Positions 54,362 to 64,000 of a stretch of 64,000 nucleotides of DNA are shown here, piece by piece (within the stretch, counting starts at the first letter, position 1; each line of letters starts with the position of its first letter). The notes below the pieces were generated by a model. It was not told the origin of the DNA. It was given only the letters and a program-made list of their open reading frames with translations, and did not search any database. Source of the DNA: the human T2T-CHM13v2.0 reference genome, Homo sapiens; assembly GCF_009914755.1 (NCBI RefSeq), contig NC_060938.1; one strand, given 5' to 3'. The position numbers were made by a program, and so were the translations under genes.

Positions 54362-55844
54362 TGAAGTGATAAAAATATTTTTTAGACTTGATACTTGTAG
54401 CTCTTGTTTGATGGCTGAAGTATCAAGAGGATTATGAGAACAGACATGAGGCTATGAATATGTTGAAGGATTGGAATTTTGGATCACTCAAATGTGATCC
54501 AAACCCTCTGGACACCCTTACCCTTTCTAGATATATTTTTTCCCCTTAAAGAACTCAAAGGAGAACAAAGACCTGGAAAAATATCTGTGGATATCTGGAA
54601 GTAAGCACTGTACTAGAGGTTATCTTGTATTTGTCTCTAGTTTTTATGTTCGATTCTCAGAGGCAGGTATTTCATTGTACAAGGTGCAATAATTATGGAG
54701 TATACATTTTATTTAATCACATAGGAAGTGGTTTATTATAAAAGAGAAAGAATACTTTAACTTTAAACCTGTTGGACAAAAGGGTTAAGTATAACTTTCT
54801 CAATTACTTAGGCAAATATATTCTTGAAAATAAAAAGTTAGAAAAGAGGGAAAGACTGAGACCCTCAATGTTAAATAACATTTTATAATGATCACATGCT
54901 GAGTCAAAGGCAAAAGCAATTTCTAAGTCGCCTGCTTAATTCTCTAGACCATGCCTGCTATCTTATATTTATATCTTAATAAATGTACATATGCTGCCTT
55001 GCTGTTTTGGGGACAATGGGAAGTATAAATTTGATCTTTCTTGAATTCTCTACATTTAAAGTCTCCACTTGTCACTTGAATTAACATAGTATTTTAGCAT
55101 TTAATTTCCTGGGGATACCAGATGTTTTATTTTGTGAGTTTGTTTTATTTATGTTATAGTTGTGGTTTAAACAACTATATGTTCATTTAAAATGAAACTC
55201 AAAAAAGAGGAAAGAATGGCACAACTCAATAAATATGTAGTTTAATAATATTCAGTGAATACGTATGCACAGTGAATGGAAGTCTAAATAACGTACTCCA
55301 GTGAAGAATTATTAGATGTTGCCCGTCTCAGCTGGATTTTCAGTTATACTATTCAAGCTGGTGGGAGGTTTCAGGGGAAGAACAGGGGAGAAGACAAAGC
55401 AGAAACAGCCTTAGGCAGTATAAATTCTGAATACCTTTAATTTGATTAACATGTTAATACTAGCAGGAGAGTTACTTTGTTGTATTCTAGGGATTATAAC
55501 ATGGCATCATTTGAAATGATATGGTTCCCACCGATAAGGGGAGGATGAATAGAAGCATACACTGAATTTCTCTCCAGGGCATTGAGTTCCTTTGGCGACA
55601 GCACTGTTGGCTAAATATGAAAGGCTGTGAGATGAAATGGCAGCAAGAGAACAGCAGAGGAAAATGTAAGGCAAGGATGGGAAATACATGAGAAGTTTAT
55701 ACCTGACCATCTCTTTTCTATCATTGGCTTCCTATCTCCTATTCTTCTTCTTTGTCAATCTCTGTAGCCTCCACCTTTGCTCAAATTGGCTCAGTGATAT
55801 GATTTTAATACTAAGCCCACACCCAGTTGGTATGAAGACATTAA

Positions 55845-56070
55845 GTAATTAATTAATTCAATAACTATTTACTGATCTGAACAAAGTGGACAAAAAACCC
55901 TGTCTCTGTGGAATTTTCTTCCAGGCATGAGGGGCTTGGGAATGGGTAACAAGTAAGTAAATTATGTAACTTGTTTGACAGTGCTAAGTGCTACAAAGAG
56001 AAACTAGGTAGATAAAAGAAATAGGGACTTGGGAGGTTGAAATTTTATAAAAAAAAAAAAGGTCAGAGAA
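55845..56070 (-). mobile_element. L2 3' fragment
   Basis: TTAATTCAATAACTATTTACTGA...GACAAAAAACCCTGTCTCTGTGGA...GTGCTAAGTGCTACAAAGAGAAA. Confidence 0.6.
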
Positions 56071-57706
56071 AATACCACTTTTCTGATGAGTTAAAAAGCT
56101 ATGACCTGCTAATTTTTATGTATTTATTCTGTGTCCATTAAAACTTCCAGAAACTTTCTCTTGAAGTGACATTTGAGTCTCAAGATCTGGCCCTGGTGAT
56201 TATATTGTGACACACTGTGATCATTACAAAAATTTTTATCATCATGTATAACTGTGATGCTATTTTGCTTGCAGCCCAGACAATGTGATGGATTTATTAA
56301 AACATTCTGATAATCATAAGACAGTGATTCTAGGACATGTATTATCAGGACCTCTTCTGTACCTGTGTTTGGAGTTGCCATAGATGAAAGTCATATGATA
56401 AGAGAAAAGCAATATGATAATTTGTAAGTGAGCTGCTTATAATAAGCAGGATATGACAGTCAACATTTTTCCTTTTTACCTTTCCTTCCATCTCTACCTC
56501 TTTTCTTTGTTATAGACTTTGAGTTTTGTATGTGTCAGGTTTCATTCATTTGGGAAACCAATGTCACATCAAATTAGGAAGGGTGTTATGACCCTCTAAT
56601 TGGCCTTTGCATTGTACACAAGCCTCCTATGTTTGTTCGGGATAGCACCACGCATCCTTTTAAATTGGTAGTTTGACTGTCAGTTTCCGTAATGCCCTTG
56701 ACAGTAAAACAAACACAACTCTATGTGATTCTATTATGAAACATTAATCTTCTGACTGTATGGTAAAAGGAAGGGGTGAGAGTTTCTCTCCATTCCCCCA
56801 AAGGAAGGAAGAGTAAGAAAGAAATTAAAAATGTAAAAGCACTCCCAATAACAGGTCATCAAGTCACAGCTTTTCATTGTGGCCACTCTTTGTCAGCTGT
56901 GTGTGTGACAAGAAACAAATCACAGCTCCATGATATTTGATAGCCTTGAGTAATTAAAGAGTCTTCAATGCTTTTTGGAAAATGTTGTCCAATATTCCAG
57001 CCACATGCAGTGCTCCCTTAATAACTCAATAACTCCACATTTCTCTCCCTGTGTGTGTTTGACTATTGCTATCCCTTTTAGAGATATTTGCATGTAATCA
57101 AGATAGAGTTCAAAGATTTACCATTTTCCTTACTATTATTCTATATTTGAATATCCCTCCCACTTCCATTTTTTTCTTCCGATAGGGGAAATAAGTTAAC
57201 CAAAATTCAAACAAAAATCAGTTTTAAATAAATATTCCTAATAAGAATTATTATAACTACTACCACACATACATTTATGGTAGGAAAATTTAGAATCTGT
57301 CCTGGAAAAAAATACGTCCAGATTATTTACAAAGATTTGCTTTCAGAATCCCTCTTGAGATAAATAGACATGTTGGGGGTGATTCTGGGATGGAGCAAAC
57401 ATGTAGTTTGGGTCGCAGTTTAACGATGTAGCCGTAGTGTATTAAGGCTATGCATAGCAATTTCTCTTGCCCTGGAGTAGTTAGTGTCAAACTCTTTTTA
57501 CCCATTAAACATTTGAAGTAGATTTATTAGCTCTAAGGATTCTTGGTTCTTCCTGAAAAGGAATTAAGAATCTTTGGACAGTGGACTTCTTGAAAATCCT
57601 ATCAAATACCCCTAAGTATGTTTCTGGTAGCCTCTCGGTTGTGCTATTCAGTGATGAATAACACAGAGCTTGATTGTTCTAATTTAGCGGAAGAAACACA
57701 TTTTTT

Positions 57707-57934
57707 TTTAATGTGGTTTTTGCCATTTTCTATTATACTTTAAGTTCTGTGATACATGTGCAGAACATGCAGGTTTGTTACATAGGTATACATGTGCCAT
57801 GGTGGTTTGCTGCACTCATGAACCTGTCATCTACATTAGGTATTTCTCCTAATGCTATCCCTCTGCTAGCCCCCCACTACCCAACAGGCCCCAGCGTGTG
57901 AGGTTCCCCTCCCTGTGTCCATGTGTTCTCATTG
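57707..57934 (-). mobile_element. L1PA7-like 3' end fragment
   Basis: TATTATACTTTAAGTTCTG.GATACATGTGCAGAAC...CCCTGTGTCCATGTGTTCTCATTG; 15-bp TSD AGAAACACATTTTTT (57692-706, 57935-49). Confidence 0.93.
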
Positions 57935-58067
57935 AGAAACACATTTTTTAAATACATAAATAAATATCACCCTTTTGTCATGTATCTTCATAAGCAATTG
58001 ACCCAACCAATGGATTTGCAGTCAGTGAAAACAACTTTGGATAGATGGGTGGATGGATGAATGAATG

Positions 58068-58456
58068 GATCTCATTTATTTGTGGGAGCTAAAAATTTAA
58101 ACAATTGAACTCATGGAGAGAGAGAGAGTAGAAGGATGGTTACCAGAGGCTGGGAAGGTTAAGGAACTTGGAGGGAAAAGTGGGGACGGTTCATTGGTAC
58201 CAAAAAATAGTTAGAAAGAATAAATAAGATTTAGGATTTGATAGCCTATCAGGGTGACTATAATCAATAATATCTTCATTGCACATGTCAAAATAACTAA
58301 AAAAGCATAATTGGATTGCTTGTAATAGGATAAATGCTTGAGGTGATGGCTACCCCATTTACCCTGATGTGATTATTACACATTTATGCCCATATCAAAA
58401 TATAACTTATGCCCCATAAATATGTACACCTACTATGTACCTACAAAAATTTTAAA
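58068..58456 (+). mobile_element. L1MA (MA1-3-like) 3' end
   Basis: TTTGTGGGAGCTAAAA..ATTGAACTCATGGAG..GGATGGTTACCAGAGGCTGGGAAGG...CCTACTATGTACCTACAAAAATT. Confidence 0.9.
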
Positions 58457-59354
58457 GAATGTGAATGGTTGAATAGATAGGCAGATAGATAATAAAGTAA
58501 TTACTATTTATTTTGATTTCAGAAGATTTTAACAGGGCCCTTGATTATCATTCATCTGAGATCTACCCTTGTCTGTATGGCTTATTTGGGTTGTAGGTAA
58601 GAGTCATTCTTGAATGAGTGGGGGTTTCTGATTATTTTTAAACAGCCATTCAAGACCAATGCAGATACCTAGGAGGAAAATGTTTCTGATTTTTATGAAT
58701 GTGTATGAAACCGGTAAATATTCATAACATAGCTACCAATATATGCTTCTGCAAGCCAATCTAAACAAATTGCCAGTATCAAAGATTCTGTTGATGAGGA
58801 ATAGACAGCCTGTGTTTGCAGTCTTGTTAAGGTGGTTAACAGTGGTGTCCTGATTTTTTCCAAAACCTTCCAGATTTGGGCTGCTGAGTAGATGATGCTG
58901 ACTTCCGATACTGCTTGTTGTTGTTGTTTAAACCATTGAGCAGGTTACGAACCTCTGAACTTAAACGAAAGAAATCAGTGGTTTCAGCTGGAATAAAAAA
59001 GTAATACTATGGTATAGCATAACGGAGATAATACAATTTTTGTGGTTTTAAAACAGAGAAAAAAGTCCCTCTTTTAATGCAAAATCACCTGTAACCTTGA
59101 ATGTATCAACCAGTGTGACTTAGCTGATAATTTAGGCCTATTTCATAGAGCTGTTATGAGAACTAAGTAAAATCATGCACATACAAATGATTAGTTACTT
59201 TTAAAAACTGTAAAATGCTTGCTGTTATTGTTGCTGGATTGAAGAGTTCATTGTGATGGTGCCATTCAATGACTATATGACTAAGATGATCATCCTTTGT
59301 ACTCTGTCTCCCCATCTCTCCTCCCTCCCTTGTTTTTCCATGTGGTATGTGTTT

Positions 59355-59671
59355 TCTCTCTCTCTCTCTCTTTTTTTTTTTTTTTGAGACGGATAGTTTC
59401 ATTCCTGTCGCCCAGGCTGGAGTGCAGTGGTGCAATCTCGGCTCACTGCAACCTCCCCCTCCCAGGGTTCAAGTGATTTTCCTGCCTCAGCTTCCTGAGT
59501 AGCTGGAATTACAGGTGCCCACCACCACGCCTGGCTAATTTTTGTATTTTTAGTACAGACAGTGTTTCACCATCTTGACCAGGCTGGTCTTGAACTTCTG
59601 ACCTCAGGTGATCCACTCGCCTCCGCCTCCCAAAGTGCTTGGATTACAGGCATGAGCCACCGCGCCCGGCC
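59355..59671 (-). mobile_element. AluS (Sx/Sq-like) with (CT)8-T15 tail
   Basis: Full dimeric Alu ending CGCGCCCGGCC; GACCTCAGGTGATCC. Confidence 0.95.
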
Positions 59672-60284
59672 CGTCTCTAAGTTATTTTCTAAGCTAAAAG
59701 TCATGCTACTGCAACCAACGGATATCCCCCCTTTTTTGGAGATACTTGGTAATGTAGAAACTATTTCAGAGAGTCAAAATTCTACAGATAGAGTTTAGAA
59801 TGCACAAAATCTAGACATGGCATTGAGGCATCTAGATATTGCCTTTACCTATTTCCTGTAGGAACTTGCTCCAGATTAGTATCTTAAAGACACATTGGCA
59901 TTTATTTTTCTTACACACATTGCATTGTGCCATGTAAGAAAATTACAGATTAAATCAGCATTTTCCTCCTGCTTGATGTGAATAAAATCAATGCTGAAAT
60001 GGGAGTCCTAGTTAATCTATGTGATAGAAGTTACTAGGACCAGTGTTTGGTGGCTTAGGTCCTTAAAGAAATTGGAAAGCTCTTTGCAATACAGTGTGTT
60101 AACAACAGCCTTTTCTTTTTATTCCCTTCCCTTTGCAACTGTTCCCAGCCCTTCTTTAAAAATCTAAGTCAGAAATATATTGAAGGGCTTTATTTCTATC
60201 CATTTTTTTCTATCTGCACATGGCTGTTGATATTCCTTCACTGTCTTGGAGCTATCAACTATCAGTCTTTTGTAAAGTAGCATA

Positions 60285-60510
60285 CATAGTAAAGTATCAA
60301 GAAAACATTTTCTCAAGCCAGACTGCCTGTGCTCAAATTGCAGCTCTGCTACTTACTGGCTGAGTGACCTTGGACACGTTATTTAACCTCTCTGTGCCTA
60401 GTAACCACTACATAGGAGGGTATTTTATAAGGATTAAATCTCTGTAACACACGTAGAAAAGTACCTGCCATATGGTAGGCACAATATACATTTTTGTTAA
60501 ATAAAATGAA
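60285..60510 (+). mobile_element. MIR
   Basis: GCCAGACTGCCTG..CTCTGCTACTTACTGGCTGAGTGACCTTGGACACGTTATTTAACCTCTCTGTGCCT. Confidence 0.85.
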
Positions 60511-62487
60511 GCTTAGTAGTTTACCTGCATTGTTCACATTATCTAACACATTACCTTCCACATCGTAGGTACACAATGAATATTATTAGTCATGACTTAT
60601 ACATGACTAAATGTATTCTTAAATTGGAGTGGTACAAAAAACATATGGGTCCATTCCACATTTCTACAAACTAGCTCTGCAGTCTTGCACATCAAATTTT
60701 AGTGTCTTTGGAGCTTCCTTCTCATCTTTAAAATAAAAATATTTGCCCAATGTATTTCAAAGGGTAATTTTAATGATCAAAATGATAATGTACTTCCAAT
60801 GAGTTGAAAAAATTATTTCTCTATATGAAAGGTATTATAACATTTTTATTTCTCAAATTACTAAATCAGTTCTAGGGGAAATATGCTAGTAAAATAGTTA
60901 AGGCTTGACAGATATAACTGGTCCAGAGGTCGGTAGTCATCACGAGTACTAAGACCTAGATACTAGGGGTCTGTGTTTGTTCTTGAGAATACAGCAAAGT
61001 GTTTCAAGGAAGGAGGCTTCTCCTTTACTTACCAGGCCTGTTCAGCTGTATTTGGCTACTTCTTGTTATGGAAGGAAACCTGAGCAGACCTTGGGAATCC
61101 AGTGTTCCTTTATCACATTCCTCAGATCTGTTAGGCTGGACGCCAAGGACAGTAGTTTGAAGGTGTTTGTCTTGATGCTGATGGATGTTGCAGTCTGTAA
61201 TCCACGAACTGAAACAGGGCTTCTCTTCATTGCAGCTGGCATATCTTGTTGTGTTTATGAGTCTGACAGGCAAACATATCTGAAGCATATCTCATATGCT
61301 GATCTGTGAGGGAGATAAGTCCCTTGTTTTGCTTGACTGGAAACAAAATAAGCAGGTGGCAGAAAACCCTGCATTGATTTCTGCTTGGGCTAAAACACCC
61401 AGAATAAGATCAAGTCCCCCTTGGGCACACTCCAGCCTCTGCTATTTGATCATTGATCATTTGACTTAAGTTTGCAAATTGTTGTAGGGAAGTGTAAGTT
61501 TCTTTCTGCTTTAACAAAGCTACTTTTACTTATTATAATTTTATAAGCTATTAGCACTATTTTGTGATAGAAAAAACTAAAAATCAAATGGTGTCAGAGC
61601 TTAAAAATCTCTTACTTCATTTGCCGTGTAATCTTTATGCATTTGATTTTTGCTTCAGGATCCTTACCTATAAAGCATACCCATTTCATTTGACCACTAG
61701 ATTTTTACAGAATAAAAATAGTTCCTTTCTGAAGAGGAACTATGAAAGTGTATACATGGGTTAGGAGATGGAGCTGAGGACTCCAAAGTAATCAGTCCCT
61801 GATAAGAACTTGAGTTTTGATGCACACATTATTGCATTTTAGAGATTTTGGTCTCCCAGTTAGATTGTAAACTTATTGAAGGCAGTAGGACATTGACAAT
61901 GCATAAATATTAGTTAGGAAAATGAAAAATAAAGTGTTGCTTACCAATTCAGAGATTCAGAAGAATGTGGATAGGATTTTTTCCCTCTCACCTGAAATTT
62001 CGACTTTATAAACTCTTTTTATTACTGTCCTTCCTTTTCTGATCCCTTGATGATTATTAATTGGTTCCAGTGGTGTATATTTCAGATATTTAATTAAGTC
62101 TTCCTTTCTGTCCAACTCTCTGCCAAAACATATTTTTCATTTTTATACCTGCAATGCTCAAACATAAGTTGATGCCAAATGCATGCTGTTTGATTACATT
62201 CCATCCAGATTTACTTCCAAGCAGGACGAGGCCTGTAGCATTTATTTCAAGTAGCTTTACAAAGAGCCATTCTTGGCCCTCAATGTGTGTGGCAGGCGGG
62301 GAGGCAGGAGAGGAAAATGAGGTAGATGTCCTTCCCATACCTTAACTAGTTTTTGAGAGAAATGGAAAATGGCAGATCAGATGCCATTGGCCGTTTGCCC
62401 AATTAAGCCATAGCAGTGTTAGCTAAGATGTGATCAATATGGAAGACTTGGTCTGCAGAGCCTTTTTTAGCTGTGCTCCTGTACTAG

Positions 62488-62546
62488 TCAAGCACCTCCT
62501 GCAACTTTGTGGTAAATTCAAGCACCTCGTGCAACTTTGTGGTAAA
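62488..62546. repeat. 30-bp tandem duplication
   Basis: TCAAGCACCTC(C/G)TGCAACTTTGTGGTAAA twice, one mismatch. Confidence 0.93.
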
Positions 62547-62734
62547 AACCATCCTCATGAGTTAGAGCCTTGTCTTATAAGAAGGAAGAGGACAGCTTCT
62601 GGGTGAGACACGTGCTGGCCATCATGCTGTTGCCTAATCTGTCACCTCAACTATTGATTCCCAGCTCTTGATTCTCATTGTTCATTCATGGAGTTGTTTC
62701 TAAATAATGGTGACTAGAGAGGAGGAAATGGTGT

Positions 62735-63260
62735 TATATTAGTTCTCTATTGCTGCATAACAAATAACTCCAAAACGTAGCAGCTCAAAAATCAACAAGG
62801 CATTACCTCCTAATTTTTGCAGGTCAGGAATCCAGATGTGGCTTAGCTGGGTGCCTCTGGCTTAGAGTCCCTCCATAAGGCTGCAACCGAGGTGACAGCC
62901 AGGGCTTCAGTCACCTCAACTTGGGAGAGATCTGCTTCCAAGCCCTTACCTATGGCTGGTGGCAGGCCTTAGTCATTGTGGACTGTTGGCCACAGATAAT
63001 ACTTCATTGGCACAAGAGCCTTTCTACAGGACAGCTTACAACTTAATAGCTGTCTTTGATTGAGGGTTGGGGAGAAGGTGGAAGCCATTGTTGTTTTCAA
63101 TCTAATCTTGAAAGTGACATCCTGTCACCTCTACTGTATTCTATTCATCACTTAGAAGTGAGTCAATAAGTATAGGACATTTAAGGGGAGGGAATAATCA
63201 AGGGTATGAATACCAGGAGGCTGAGACAGTTGGGAGCCACCTTATAGACTGCCTTACACA
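62735..63260 (-). mobile_element. MLT1F/G-like MaLR solo LTR
   Basis: TATATTAGTTCTCTATTGCTGCATAACAAAT...GGTCAGGAATCCAG...GGGTATGAATACCAGGAGG...CTGCCTTACACA; 5-bp TSD GGTGT (62730-34, 63261-65). Confidence 0.88.
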
Positions 63261-64000
63261 GGTGTAAAAAGCATGAAATAGACATTAGACAAATGCAGGG
63301 TCTGCTGAGATGGCGTGTAAAAAGTTCTATCACAGGGCTTGCCACAGAGTAGAGAAGCATTGCATTTATTTCTTGCCACCCCCAGCACATTGCCTGGTGC
63401 ATTGTGGGCACTCAAGTACCTACATGCCCATGAAACTGTGTCTAGTTTACTAAAAACAAAGAGTCTCTCTGTTCCAAAAGAGATTAATGTTTGGTGTTAT
63501 CCTTTCTGGACAATTTTCTTCCTATGCTTCATTTCTCCAGTTATCGTCAAGGGAATGGATTTAAGTCTGAAATAAAATCACTCAAAAATAAGGAATAGCT
63601 GAAGCAGACCTAGAATTACCTTGGTGGAATTACCTTCTTAAGAACAATTAGAAGTTTATTCTTTAGGTCAGGAATGCTGTTGCCAATCTTCCACAGCAGG
63701 TGATAAGAATTAAATTCCCTCATGACCGAGGAAACGTTCTTTCTGCTAATCTGGTTCCACCTGGAGGTTCAACAAATAGAAGATAGAGCACACGGTGTGT
63801 TTAGTCTTAACCACATAGCCCGAGGCACTGGGGAAGTGTCCACACGATGTTTGCCTTCTGTGAACCTGGAAAGCAATTTTTTTCTAGTTTTCCTTTTTTT
63901 CCTCTTCTTTTCCTATTCATCTGAATTCTTCTGTAGTTAAATTATTAATTTCTCTCCCTACAGAATATAATAAATTACTATCCTTGTTAATTCTTTTATC

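Noticed and set aside
60977-61309. 110-aa ORF in unique sequence
   Set aside because: Non-ATG start, no recognisable domain or clear splice context; within chance expectation for 64 kb.

Overview
AT-rich, CpG-poor primate (very probably human) non-coding DNA: an intron of a large gene or intergenic sequence. I recognise no protein-coding exon, RNA gene or CRISPR array. The ORF track is explained by chance ORFs, antisense-Alu ORFs and decayed L1 ORF1/ORF2 pieces. The window is a mosaic of transposable-element fossils: 8 Alus (J, S and Y families, including a near-pristine AluYg6-type copy), several L1 fragments, MaLR and ERV1 solo LTRs, a Tigger1, MER20/MER5 DNA elements, many MIR/L2 relics and microsatellites. 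I found no convincing undescribed biological system. The most notable observations are a MER61-like LTR with two p53-type response elements, a young and possibly polymorphic AluYg6 nested in Tigger1 in L1, a ~1 kb L1 with both ends but two internal deletions, a MER20 duplicated in situ, a short L1 with a MADE1-like extra 3' segment, a perfect 31-bp palindrome, an anchored minisatellite that superficially mimics a CRISPR array, and a few candidate + strand non-coding exons. Subfamily names come from recalled consensus sequences and need RepeatMasker/Dfam confirmation. Boundaries of old repeats (MIR/L2) are approximate.
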